Assembly (NCBI GenBank): GCA_963665665.1 | Contig: OY762428.1 | Location: 64,001-128,000, forward strand | Direction: 5' to 3' | Origin: Candidatus Kapaibacterium sp. | GTDB taxonomy: Bacteria; Bacteroidota; Ignavibacteria; Kapaibacteriales; UBA2268 | Length of the DNA: 64,000 nucleotides | Shown here: positions 1-9,930 of the stretch, piece by piece | Layout of the letters: each line of letters begins with the position of its first letter | How positions within the stretch are numbered: position 1 is the stretch's first letter | Notes under the pieces: generated by a model | Database searches by the model: none | Told to the model about the DNA's origin: nothing | Seen by the model: only the letters and a program-made list of their open reading frames with translations | Translations under genes and position numbers: made by a program

Positions 1-1254
1 GAACAATGTAAAAAACAATCCTATGGATCCGGCAAAAAGTCCGATTTCATTCCAGGTTGGTATGTAATCCTGCCATTTATTCAGGTATGTATTGGCCTGT
101 GAGGAAACCACAATTATATATCTTTCCAACCACATACCGATATTAATTAATACTGAAATGATTAATATTACAGGTATAGAATTCCTGATTTTCCTGAACC
201 AGAATAATTGTGGCAGAATAACATTTGCGATCAGCATAACTGAAAAAAGCAGAGAATATTTACCGAATAATCTCTCAACATATAGGCTTATTTCAATTGT
301 GTTATCAGTTTCAAATGGCACGACATAATAATAGGGAGCGAAAAACTCAATTATATAAGCATAAGTAATGATCTGGCTCATAGCAATCATCACTTTGGCA
401 AGTTTTTCGTAGTGTTTTTCGTTAATTATTGATTCAAGGCCGTATAGTTGCCTTAGAAGCGACAAAATCACCACAACCATTGCGCAACCTGAAAGAATCG
501 CCCCGGCAACAAAATATGGCGGAAATATCGTTGAATGCCAGCCGGGTAGAATGCTGACTGCAAAATCATAAGAAACAATACTGTGAACTGAAATAACCAA
601 CGGTGTTGCCAGCCCTGCCAGCAGGATATAAGTTTTCCGATAAGCCTTCCACTGGAATGAAAATCCCTGCCAGCCCAGCGATAAATATTTGTACAAGAAA
701 TTTTTAAAACGGGATTTTACTCGGCCGTAGTAATGCCCAAGGTCCGGTATCAACCCGAGATACCAGAACAGCAAAGATATTATCAAATACGAGGAAATTG
801 CAAAGAAATCCCATTCAAGCGGCGATTTGAAATTTGGCCATACTGAATTTGATCCGGGATATGGTATCAGCCAGTATATTGAAAACCATGGACGGCCGGT
901 ATGTATTATGGGAAAAATACCTGCACAGACAATTGCCGCCAGTGTCATAGCCTCGGCTGATCGGCTCAGAGCGTTACGCCATTTCTGGCGGAAAAGGAAT
1001 AAAATTGCGCTGATAAGCGTACCAGCGTGGCCAATGCCTATCCAGAATACGAAATTTGTTATAGCCATACCCCAGGCATTTCCGCTGTTCAAGCCCCACT
1101 CGCCTACTCCTGAAAACAACAGGTTGTACAGCGAAACTGTTCCCCATGACATCAGCGACAGCGATATAATAAAATAAACATACCACTTCCACCCGGCCCT
1201 GTTGTTGAGCTGATTATCTATCAGTTTGTCAATATTTTTAGAAATCAAATTCAA
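1..1254 (-). CDS. actC: Alternative complex III subunit ActC (NrfD/polysulfide reductase family membrane subunit), 3' end outside the window
   Basis: Not in the ORF track because it runs off the edge. Hand translation from TTG at 1254 gives ...GVGEWGLNSGNAWGMAITNFVFWIGIGHAGTLISAILFLFRQKWRNALSRSAEAMT..., the ActC signature. Lies directly downstream of actB. Confidence 0.88.
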   Translation of the reverse strand, partial: MNLISKNIDKLIDNQLNNRAGWKWYVYFIISLSLMSWGTVSLYNLLFSGVGEWGLNSGNAWGMAITNFVFWIGIGHAGTLISAILFLFRQKWRNALSRSAEAMTLAAIVCAGIFPIIHTGRPWFSIYWLIPYPGSNSVWPNFKSPLEWDFFAISSYLIISLLFWYLGLIPDLGHYYGRVKSRFKNFLYKYLSLGWQGFSFQWKAYRKTYILLAGLATPLVISVHSIVSYDFAVSILPGWHSTIFPPYFVAGAILSGCAMVVVILSLLRQLYGLESIINEKHYEKLAKVMIAMSQIITYAYIIEFFAPYYYVVPFETDNTIEISLYVERLFGKYSLLFSVMLIANVILPQLFWFRKIRNSIPVILIISVLINIGMWLERYIIVVSSQANTYLNKWQDYIPTWNEIGLFAGSIGLFFTLF

Positions 1255-3805
1255 AATCCATTCCGCCGAGATAATAAACTGATGGTTTGGTATTCAAGTC
1301 GCCAAGAAGCCTGTATGTCCTGCCGGAATGAATAGCTTTTGATATTTCCGAGTCAGGATCATTAAGGTTCCCGAAAATTATAGCAGAAGTGGGACATGCC
1401 TCCTGGCATGCAGTTTTAACTCCTCCGTCGGGTATTTGTTTGATCCCCTGCTGTTTATACTTTCTGCCGGCCTGGTTCAGCCTCTGAACACAGAAACTGC
1501 ATTTTTCCACTATGCCCCGCGAGCGGACAGTTACATTTGGATTGAACATAAGCTCTGCGGGTTTTTGGATATTTTCCCTATACGGATAATAATTGAAACG
1601 CCGGACTTTATAAGGGCAGTTCGCCATGCAGTATCTTGTTCCAACGCACCTGTTGTAAACCGTTTCATTCAGCCCTTCGGGAGAATGTACCGATGCATGA
1701 ACGGGACACACTGCCTCGCAAGGGGCATTATCACAATGCTGGCAAATCAGAGGAATCTGGTAACGGGCTAATGTATCATTCGTTGTTAAAATAGTTATCC
1801 AGTTTAGAAGCCTGCCTTTCTCTGCTTCCTCAGGGCCTACGGGAGGTATATTGTTCTCGATCCTGCAAGCAGCCACACATGCCGAACAACCGGTACATTT
1901 TTCAAGGTCAATGGCCATTCCCCATTTCTGCCCCAGGTATTCCACTTCCCTGTTGATATCCGGTTTTTCATCATCAATATTAAATTTTTCAAATGAATTT
2001 TTTGATATCTTAATATCAGGAGACTGGGATTCTGCTTTACCTTTAGTTTCGAAAGATATTTTAATGTCTTTATTCAGCTTATATGCCCATGGATTCTGCC
2101 CAACAGGGCTGTAAACGCCGTTGTCAATGAAAACGATAGTATCATCAGCAACTTCATAAGAAACTATACAATTGAAGTTGCCGTTGATAATTTCATTTTT
2201 CTGGTTTCTCGTCTGTATTTCAAGCATATCGCCGCTTTTACATTTGTATTTTTTCGCAATGTTATCGGGTATCATTACTGCCTGTTTATATACCATTCCG
2301 CTAATCGGATCCGGAATTTCCGCCAGAACCGGATTGTCATAACCCGATGAATTTACAGACCTGCATATCTCAATATTAAATTCCGTATCAGCCGCCTCCT
2401 CAGTATCATCGCTTTCATCAGTTTTTGAGAAATCAACCTTTGATCTGTCAAAATCAGCGGGAAAGTAAAATCCTTTCCTAAGTGCCTGCTCCCAGCTTGT
2501 ATCCCCTGCTGTTTCACCAAAGTTTTCTCTTATGAAATCATACCAGTCGCCCGGTATTTCTTCTAAGAGTCCGGCAAAGCAGTTAATCAACAAATCTTCT
2601 GCGTTGCCCGAGTTCTCATTAATCGGAGATATTACCGGCTGCCGGATTGTAACTGAACCATCAATATTATTAAAATCGCCCCAGCTTTCTAAGTAATGAG
2701 ACGCCGGGATTTCAACGCCATATCCATTAATTTTATCAGCGTAAAGGGATAAATTAACCGCATTATCCTCACCAACGGTATCAACTATCCTATCGGTTTC
2801 AAAAGGCCAATAGCGGGACTGTTCGCAATCAAGGAATAGGACTAAATCGCCTTTTTCAGGATTAATCTCATCCAATCCTGACGGTATGATATTTTCTGAT
2901 TTCTTTATCCAATAACTATTTGAATATTCTGGATTTTCTTCATTAACTTTTATTATTTTTCGGATAGGAGTTTCGCTAAGGTTGCCGTCGAATAGAATAA
3001 TTTTACTTTTATTTATTCCACTCAAATATATTGATAAAATACTGCTAATATCTTCTTCAATTTTATGTTGGCTAAATATAGATTTATAATGATTCGGGTA
3101 ATTTGTAATCATCGGTTTTGATATTATGATATCTAAATCTCTTCGGGTCTTCCTTTCGAAAAACTCCCGAGAATACAGCAGCGAGTAATCCGAAAATCCC
3201 AGAAAGTCGTTGTTAATACTTATAACAGAATTATATTTGGAAAGCCTCGGAACGGGAATATGTGATTTGTAAATATTTTGAAGTTTAAAATAAATAGAAT
3301 CAGGAGGAAATATCGAGTAAAACTTAATATTTCCCGATATACCGCTGATCATTGATATTAGTTTTTCCAGTGAGGTTGAAAGTACAGGTGGAAGGCAAAT
3401 ATGAACTTTGTTTCCGCTATCAAGCGCTTCCGATATTTTTTCAGATACTGAATCATAGCAATCATCAATAGCCGCTTCTTTGCCATTTATTGTCGGCTGG
3501 CGGAATCTTTCAGGATCATACAAAGAAAATAATGAAGCCTGCAACTCGGCGCTGGACTTGCCCTTATTTGCAGGGTGGAAATCATTCCCGTCAATTTTTA
3601 CGGGCCTGCCGTCAATCATCTTAACTTTAATGCCATAAACAGACATTCCTGAGCAATAAGCCGACGAATAATAATACTCTTTGCCCGGCAACTGGTATTC
3701 AACAGGCTCTACAGCCGGGACGATTTCCTCGGTCGGCGGCTTGCATGACGCCATAGCGGCGGCGGCAGTGATTGGCAGTATTTTTAAGAATTCCCTTCTT
3801 TCCAT
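1238..3805 (-). CDS. actB: Alternative complex III subunit ActB (molybdopterin-oxidoreductase-like domain fused to an Fe-S domain)
   Basis: Tat/lipoprotein-like N-terminus MERREFLK...AAAAMASC (start moved from 3859 to 3805); DGRPVKIDGN motif; Fe-S motifs CTGCSACVAAC, CQHCDNAPCEAVCP, RCVGTRYCMANCPY, KCSFCVQR, TACQEACP. Confidence 0.9.
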   Translation of the reverse strand: MERREFLKILPITAAAAMASCKPPTEEIVPAVEPVEYQLPGKEYYYSSAYCSGMSVYGIKVKMIDGRPVKIDGNDFHPANKGKSSAELQASLFSLYDPERFRQPTINGKEAAIDDCYDSVSEKISEALDSGNKVHICLPPVLSTSLEKLISMISGISGNIKFYSIFPPDSIYFKLQNIYKSHIPVPRLSKYNSVISINNDFLGFSDYSLLYSREFFERKTRRDLDIIISKPMITNYPNHYKSIFSQHKIEEDISSILSIYLSGINKSKIILFDGNLSETPIRKIIKVNEENPEYSNSYWIKKSENIIPSGLDEINPEKGDLVLFLDCEQSRYWPFETDRIVDTVGEDNAVNLSLYADKINGYGVEIPASHYLESWGDFNNIDGSVTIRQPVISPINENSGNAEDLLINCFAGLLEEIPGDWYDFIRENFGETAGDTSWEQALRKGFYFPADFDRSKVDFSKTDESDDTEEAADTEFNIEICRSVNSSGYDNPVLAEIPDPISGMVYKQAVMIPDNIAKKYKCKSGDMLEIQTRNQKNEIINGNFNCIVSYEVADDTIVFIDNGVYSPVGQNPWAYKLNKDIKISFETKGKAESQSPDIKISKNSFEKFNIDDEKPDINREVEYLGQKWGMAIDLEKCTGCSACVAACRIENNIPPVGPEEAEKGRLLNWITILTTNDTLARYQIPLICQHCDNAPCEAVCPVHASVHSPEGLNETVYNRCVGTRYCMANCPYKVRRFNYYPYRENIQKPAELMFNPNVTVRSRGIVEKCSFCVQRLNQAGRKYKQQGIKQIPDGGVKTACQEACPTSAIIFGNLNDPDSEISKAIHSGRTYRLLGDLNTKPSVYYLGGMDFEFDF

Positions 3806-3812
3806 ATAATCC

Positions 3813-4529
3813 TCAGTAGTGGCAGGCCGAACAGTTTTCCGGGCCTTTTCCCGGTTCATGCGGCATTGTCATCCCTTTAAATAGTGGTTTTTCTCCTTTG
3901 TATAAATATCCCCCGAAGTAAGGATTAGTTGCATATTCATATTTTCTGAAAGATACAAAACTCCCCTTTTCTATTTTTTCATTATCATATATACCTGAAA
4001 TTTCTCTTGCCGGAATAACAAGTGTTTCCGGGCTTCTGTGGCAGTCGATGCACCAGCTCATTGATATATGTTGGCTTCTTTTCATGCTGTCAAGCGTTTC
4101 CACTTCGCCGTGGCAGGAAGAGCAGTCAATCATTGCATTAATATGCGCCGAATGCGAAAACCTTGCGAAAGAGGGTGCACGCCATACTTTTTTCCATTGT
4201 ATCGGGATTTCTTCGTCATAGCTGTAATTAACCCCTGTCATCAGGTCGGATTCGTTCAATAAAGCAATATGACACACCATGCAGTCTCTTGTTGTGGGGA
4301 TATTCGAGAAATCTCCGGCAGGCGCTGTATAATGGCAAAAAACACACTTTACATTATATTTTTCAATATGCAGTTTATGAGAAAAACTGATTCGCTGCTC
4401 GGGTGAATATCCAATGCCTGATACGTAGGCATATTGGAAAATGATGATCGATGATAGAACAGACATAATTATAAAAGCCGTCCCAAGAATTCGTTTAATT
4501 AATAATCTATTTTTAGTCTGTGTCTTCAT
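3813..4529 (-). CDS. actA: Pentaheme cytochrome c, ActA (cytochrome c3 family)
   Basis: N-terminal TM helix; five CxxCH motifs (CVFCH, CMVCH, CSSCH, CIDCH, CSACH); immediately upstream of actB. Confidence 0.88.
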   Translation of the reverse strand: MKTQTKNRLLIKRILGTAFIIMSVLSSIIIFQYAYVSGIGYSPEQRISFSHKLHIEKYNVKCVFCHYTAPAGDFSNIPTTRDCMVCHIALLNESDLMTGVNYSYDEEIPIQWKKVWRAPSFARFSHSAHINAMIDCSSCHGEVETLDSMKRSQHISMSWCIDCHRSPETLVIPAREISGIYDNEKIEKGSFVSFRKYEYATNPYFGGYLYKGEKPLFKGMTMPHEPGKGPENCSACHY

Positions 4530-4566
4530 AATTTCAGAAAATTGAAAAACTAATATAATTGTCTAT

Positions 4567-5052
4567 TTAGTCTTTTGAATCAATTATTGCTTTTATAATT
4601 AAATCCCCGGCTTCAAAATCAATTATTTTACTGCGAATATCATCAGGAATTGGCAGTGACTTACCGTCTTTGGGAGATACCTGGACAAGTACGCAGGAAG
4701 CCCTGACAAGAATTACTTCATTCCTAATAACTATATTCTCAAATTCAAGCGAAGACTCGCCAAGTTTTGATATTCTACTTATAACTTCATATTCATCATC
4801 AATTATCGCCGGTGCAAAATAGTCGATATCAGCGTGAACAGTCATTATTGTAAAATCAGGCCTTTTACTTAACGGGAGCCCCAAATCCCTGAAATAATCA
4901 GTTCTTGCCTGCTCTATCCAATATAAATATCGCAGGTTATGAACCACCCGGTATGAATCAACGTCGGCAAACTGTACTCTGCCCTTGATTCTGTGTTTGA
5001 ATTTCTTCAGTTCAACTTTTTCCATCCTATTTTTTCCCGACTTGATATTCAA
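4567..5052 (-). CDS. Acyl-CoA thioesterase (YbgC/4HBT hotdog family)
   Basis: RVQFADVDSYRVVHNLRYLYWIEQAR matches the 4HBT-family motif. The true start may be the second Met (MEKVEL). Confidence 0.85.
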   Translation of the reverse strand: MNIKSGKNRMEKVELKKFKHRIKGRVQFADVDSYRVVHNLRYLYWIEQARTDYFRDLGLPLSKRPDFTIMTVHADIDYFAPAIIDDEYEVISRISKLGESSLEFENIVIRNEVILVRASCVLVQVSPKDGKSLPIPDDIRSKIIDFEAGDLIIKAIIDSKD

Positions 5053-5228
5053 TAAAATTCAATTTACAAAGATTTTTACGGAAATAATAAATTCAATTTA
5101 TTGAGAGCTCATGTTGAAACGTTTATTAAATTGTTTTTCTAAAAGTTGGGATTCAAATTATTAAAAATGGGCAATTTCGGTATCAAATATTGTTTTTTAC
5201 AATTTTTACTGTTTGAAAATCAATATAC

Positions 5229-5330
5229 AAAAAAGCGCCCCCTGCTGAAGGCGCCTCTTTCGGGTTGCGGACCAGTTTAAAAATAACACATCCGCTTTCG
5301 GCAATCTTTGCCTGATTATTTTCGTCCTGA
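5229..5330 (-). ncRNA. Candidate ~100-nt structured small RNA ending in an intrinsic terminator
   Basis: Minus strand reads: TAACTTG promoter-like motif (~5333-5339), hairpin GGCAA-AGA-TTGCC, hairpin GCGGA...TCCGC, then GCGCCTTC-AGCA-GGGGGCGC-T6. No ORF. Family not recognised. Confidence 0.3.
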
Positions 5331-5368
5331 TACAAGTTACGAAAGAAAGACAGCTCCTGAAATACCAG

Positions 5369-5400
5369 AAAACCCGTAATTTCAAAAATTACGGGTTTTT
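5369..5400 (-). terminator. Rho-independent terminator downstream of the peptidase gene
   Basis: AAAACCCGTAAT-ttcaaaa-ATTACGGGTTTT perfect stem with A/T tails. Confidence 0.7.
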
Positions 5401-5462
5401 ACGGATACAACTACGGGTTTATACGGATAATACAAACTACCATTTAGTAGTTAATTATAAAT

Positions 5463-7196
5463 TTAATTCACAAACTGATCAGCATAATATTTTGCAGTCA
5501 GTTTTTCCCCGGTGGCTTTTTCTATCATATCGTTCCAGTAGTATCTTGCTGCCGGTTTGAATACTTTATCAATCAGGTATTGGCCTGCTTCTTTATTATT
5601 GGCAAAACCTGACATCTCGCCTTTGGGGCTTTTCACAACCTGAGTGTTTATATAATTATATAATTGGGAAGCCAAGAGCTCGCCAAGGAGATAGTTGTGA
5701 TAATAACATGGTACTGTTGCAACATGAATCTTTGTTGCCCAATCAGGCATATTGCGGCCTTCAGGCTTCTTTATCATCTGGTATTTTTCAACAAGATCCC
5801 ACCAAAGCTTATTCAGGTCCTGATCGGGATTGGCATACATAGATTTTTCAAAGCGGTACATTACCTGTGCCCAGCGGCTGAAAGTAAGCTGTTCGAGCTT
5901 TAATATTTTGAATGAAGTTCCTGCAATTTTATTCATCTCTTCATCACTGATACCAAGCATATCACGCATCCACATCGGATTTGAAGCCATGCGTCCAAAC
6001 ATCATGGCAATAGCCTCAGTTGTAAATATATGTGCCGGCTGATCAAGTATCCATGGCAGAGTCTCATCCTGGTATTTGAAATATACGCCGTGTCCGTATT
6101 CGTGGAGCATAGTGTTCATCCAGCTATAACTTGAATCAATATTACATAGAATTCTGATGTCTTTCTTTTTAACATCTATATCAGTGCAAAAAGCATGCTG
6201 ATTTTTTCCTTCTCTTGGGAAAAGGTCGCTGGCAGCGATCATTTTTTCAATTGGCATGCCTATACCTGCATAGTAATCACCTGTAAGTTTCACCAGGTCT
6301 TTGTCTGCATAATATTCATCAAGGTTAATCTCATATATCGACGGAGCTTCCTGGAAATATCTGTTCTGATAGTGCCATGGCATTAATTCCTCTTTTTTGA
6401 TTTTCAGGTCTTTAATCAGGTATTCGTCAATTTCATTTTTTAGTTCGGCAAAAGTGCCTTTTGTTAGTTCGTCAAGTTCGTCAAAGAGTTTGCTTATCTC
6501 TTCCGGATCCTGGTCGCTGAGTTTCAGGCTCATAGTATGGAAATTATCAAAACCAAGTTCGCGGGCTGTTTCGTTTCTCATTTTAACCAGTTTCACCAGG
6601 TCTTCAGCAACAACAGGCCCGAGGTCTTTATGGGCCTTCCATACTTTTTCAAGTTTTTTGCTGTCTTTGCATGTTTTAAGCGTTTTCTCAACCAAGTTAT
6701 CATCGAACTTCTTACCATCTACTACTGCGCGATAATTCTGATACTTCTTGCTGATTTCACTTTGCAATTCTGTGATAGCGTTTAATTTTGCAGTATCTAT
6801 CTGATTTCCGAGAAATTCAAAATACAACCTGTCCAGTTCCCTGCTCATCAGCTCATCATTGATCATACCTGATTCACGGAATTTTTTCAGTTCCTCAAAT
6901 TTTACTTTGTCTGCTGTTAATGCATTGAATTTCTTCTCGGCATCAGCAGCCATTGCAAATTTTTCTTCAGTACCGTCTATTGCGGCATTCCACTCAGCCT
7001 GGGCATATTCTGTATATGCTTTTCCAAGATCATTTTGCACAGCATCGGCAAATTGCCTGAATTCATTTTCCATTATCTTCACTTCCTCTGCGTTTGGTTC
7101 GTCACCCTGTTCTTTATTACCACAGGATATCAGAAAAACTGATAATGCTGCCATTAAAGTAAGGGACTTAAATACTTTGTTAATTGTGTTTTTCAT
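5463..7196 (-). CDS. Zinc metallopeptidase lipoprotein (M2/M3 peptidyl-dipeptidase-like)
   Basis: Lipobox FLISC; HEYGH zinc motif; downstream EAIAM glutamate; DLFPREGKNQHAFC and YYHNYLLG motifs. Confidence 0.85.
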   Translation of the reverse strand: MKNTINKVFKSLTLMAALSVFLISCGNKEQGDEPNAEEVKIMENEFRQFADAVQNDLGKAYTEYAQAEWNAAIDGTEEKFAMAADAEKKFNALTADKVKFEELKKFRESGMINDELMSRELDRLYFEFLGNQIDTAKLNAITELQSEISKKYQNYRAVVDGKKFDDNLVEKTLKTCKDSKKLEKVWKAHKDLGPVVAEDLVKLVKMRNETARELGFDNFHTMSLKLSDQDPEEISKLFDELDELTKGTFAELKNEIDEYLIKDLKIKKEELMPWHYQNRYFQEAPSIYEINLDEYYADKDLVKLTGDYYAGIGMPIEKMIAASDLFPREGKNQHAFCTDIDVKKKDIRILCNIDSSYSWMNTMLHEYGHGVYFKYQDETLPWILDQPAHIFTTEAIAMMFGRMASNPMWMRDMLGISDEEMNKIAGTSFKILKLEQLTFSRWAQVMYRFEKSMYANPDQDLNKLWWDLVEKYQMIKKPEGRNMPDWATKIHVATVPCYYHNYLLGELLASQLYNYINTQVVKSPKGEMSGFANNKEAGQYLIDKVFKPAARYYWNDMIEKATGEKLTAKYYADQFVN

Positions 7197-7228
7197 AAAA
7201 ACTCCATTGTAAAATTATTATAAACAAA

Positions 7229-9799
7229 TCATCTGATTATTAAGAATTTAGTACTTGTTTTCTGATTTCCTGATATTAACCTTAAATGATAAACTCCTGA
7301 AGCGAGTTCCTGGTCAATATTAAAATTTCTTGTATAAATACCTTTTTTTAAAATTTTATCAATTAGTGTTTTAACATGGGTACCCATTTCATTGAATATT
7401 TCAATCCTGGTATATGCTTCTTTGGGAATACCAAATTTAACAGAAAGTATATTATAAACATCGGGTCCGTTCAAAATTTCAATATAAAACATATTTTCAT
7501 CGATTTTGATCAAACGCAAATCCCTGGCGCAAGTAAATATTTCAATTACGCCGTTTTTGTGCTCTTTCAGGATACAACTATCCCTATGTACCAATGTTGC
7601 ATTATCAGTCTTGTAGTTGAATTTTATTGAATCGGACAGGAATACCAGAAATTTAGCTGAAGCAATTGTGACATCTGATTTCAGGGCAGTTTGCCCGCTT
7701 GCTTCAATTTTTAAAACATGATTATCACCACTCCGGAATTCCTCGGCAAATACTTCCCAGTCTTCGGGAAGGTTTTCACCCTTTCTTATCTCTTCCTGCC
7801 ATACCATTTTGTTAATACCGTATATCATATTCAATGAAACTGAAGTAACTTCTTCTTTTTCCCATTCATCCGATACTAACCTTACGGGAATATTCAGGAA
7901 CCCGCCCGGAGGTAAGTCCTGGTTCTTAGGATAATTACCAACCTGGAACTCAACATTCATAAGGGATTCAGGAGAATATGCTATACTATCGATAATTGTG
8001 TTACCATTTTTATCGCTTACCTGGAAAACTGCTATCCCTTCGCTGTACTTATCCTCTGAAATAATACTGAATTCAAATACTCCTGATTCCTCATCTCCGC
8101 TGAAATCAACAAAATCCGGTATCATTATCATATTCCTGCTTTCCGGCATCAAACCAATAAAATCAATACCGTAATCAATATAATAATCGTTTCCGTCAGA
8201 CCATAAGCCGGAACTATCAGTAACAACAATGTCAATCGCTCCGCAATCCATTGAATAGTTATATTTCGGGTAGTCAATATCAGAAGTATCGCTGATATTT
8301 TTCAAAGCCATGGCCGCAGGCCACCCGTAGGAATTATATTCACTGAAACCGAATATCTGGCCGGAAAATGGTACACTTCCTCTTAACTCATGATTTCCGG
8401 GGGGTATATTTATTGACAATTTATAAAATCTGTTATCCGGAAAATTAATTAAGTCAGTATCATTAATTAATTCAGACAATAATTTTCCGTCAAATCTCAC
8501 TTGCATAATTTCACTTTTATTTAGTTCTGTAGCATCGAATATCAAATTCAGCCTGTTATCGTCAAATCCGTAATTATCGGCAGGAGTCTGAAAAATTGAT
8601 GATTTTATAAATTGTTCATCAGGAGCAGCAACTATCATAAACGGATCAAAATCCCTTGCTGCGTCCCAATCAGAAGAATAAGAATATTGCATCAGCATAA
8701 CCGGTTTATCTGCATTCCAAACCGAATTTCCCCTGATACTTTTAAATCTGTCACTTCCGTCTCCTTTGACATCTTCAATCAGATATTCGAATATTTCGCC
8801 GGGATTTTTAAGATTTCCACTTTCATTGCCAATCATTTCACCGGTGTTTTGGTCATACCATTTCACACTCCAATTCGTATTTTTCTTTGAAGCCATTAAT
8901 CTGAAAAAGTCCCCTTGTTCTTTACGATTGTATTGGCCGGTATGGAAATTTTTTCCCCATGCGCTAACAGGTGGTATCATCTCAATAAGGTGGTCCCTGC
9001 CGTCAATATGCCGACTCCAAGATGGGATTGCAGTTCGCATGTGGTAAGAAATCAAACCAACAGGTTTGTTTGATATAATATGACTTCCCGATAGATCAAA
9101 TTCTCCCCTTTCAAACCCCTGGCTGCGAACATTATATACATGTCCGGCATTCATTGCTATCACAATAGTATCACCTGGCTTTCTTCCTTTAAAAGTATCA
9201 CCAGAGGCATTATTAACCGATTTGAAAATTATTTTGCAATCGGTATTATCTTCTGATGCAATAATAATAAATCCACCGCCACGCGGAAATCTGCCACTCG
9301 GATAGTTGCTAAAATCATAAAATGCACAATGAAAATATTCATTGCCCCAGGATTTTACAGGTATTGCCATAAAGCCATCAGATGAATATTGCTTTATATT
9401 CATTCCGTATACTGATACCGGCTTTTCTGAAGTAATTTTAATCGATTTTTGAATAATCTGCTCGCATTCATCCACTTCCCAGTTAAAATCTGTGAAATTT
9501 GTAAGGTCGAAAGACTTTGTTTCGCCTGAAAAAATACTGTCAGAGATAACGGTTCCGTCAGGTCCGGTCAGGGTAACATTTGTATTGAATACAGAACTGA
9601 TAAAAATACTCAGGTTAACATCATCAATTACAAAGTCGGGATGTTCATTCTCGGGAAAAGCTATATAAAACAATCTTCCCTGCGACATATTGCCTGATGT
9701 CATATCTTTTTTAGATCCTGATGTTTCGCCTGCATGAAGGGATTGTATTATAAAAAAATACAAAAAGATATTAAATAATATTTTTAAGAACAGTTTCAA
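7229..9799 (-). CDS. Secreted IgGFc-binding-protein-like N-terminal domain protein with cohesin-like domain and T9SS-type C-terminal domain
   Basis: Signal peptide; GRLFYIAFPEN, SEKPVSVY, HLIEMIPPVSAWG and YGWPAAM shared with 12885..17144; C-terminus LASGVYHLRL...KFLIIR. Confidence 0.7.
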   Translation of the reverse strand: MKLFLKILFNIFLYFFIIQSLHAGETSGSKKDMTSGNMSQGRLFYIAFPENEHPDFVIDDVNLSIFISSVFNTNVTLTGPDGTVISDSIFSGETKSFDLTNFTDFNWEVDECEQIIQKSIKITSEKPVSVYGMNIKQYSSDGFMAIPVKSWGNEYFHCAFYDFSNYPSGRFPRGGGFIIIASEDNTDCKIIFKSVNNASGDTFKGRKPGDTIVIAMNAGHVYNVRSQGFERGEFDLSGSHIISNKPVGLISYHMRTAIPSWSRHIDGRDHLIEMIPPVSAWGKNFHTGQYNRKEQGDFFRLMASKKNTNWSVKWYDQNTGEMIGNESGNLKNPGEIFEYLIEDVKGDGSDRFKSIRGNSVWNADKPVMLMQYSYSSDWDAARDFDPFMIVAAPDEQFIKSSIFQTPADNYGFDDNRLNLIFDATELNKSEIMQVRFDGKLLSELINDTDLINFPDNRFYKLSINIPPGNHELRGSVPFSGQIFGFSEYNSYGWPAAMALKNISDTSDIDYPKYNYSMDCGAIDIVVTDSSGLWSDGNDYYIDYGIDFIGLMPESRNMIMIPDFVDFSGDEESGVFEFSIISEDKYSEGIAVFQVSDKNGNTIIDSIAYSPESLMNVEFQVGNYPKNQDLPPGGFLNIPVRLVSDEWEKEEVTSVSLNMIYGINKMVWQEEIRKGENLPEDWEVFAEEFRSGDNHVLKIEASGQTALKSDVTIASAKFLVFLSDSIKFNYKTDNATLVHRDSCILKEHKNGVIEIFTCARDLRLIKIDENMFYIEILNGPDVYNILSVKFGIPKEAYTRIEIFNEMGTHVKTLIDKILKKGIYTRNFNIDQELASGVYHLRLISGNQKTSTKFLIIR

Positions 9800-9930
9800 G
9801 TTATGAATAAAAAAATATATCTTAAAAATTAATTTACTTAGTTTAGTGTCAGTTCAGAAATTATTTAAAGCAACAATAAAATTAAACAGGTGAAATCAGT
9901 TTTCGTTTCATTTCAGGGACAAACTCTCTA

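Noticed and set aside
92-2114. Short ORFs in this interval (92..328, 827..1177, 974..1192, 1436..1771, 1851..2114)
   Set aside because: Antisense or out-of-frame shadows of actC/actB. The same applies to most short ORFs nested in long genes across the window.
3806-3859. 18-aa N-terminal extension of actB in the ORF track
   Set aside because: Overlaps the end of actA; the Tat motif starts at the Met at 3805.
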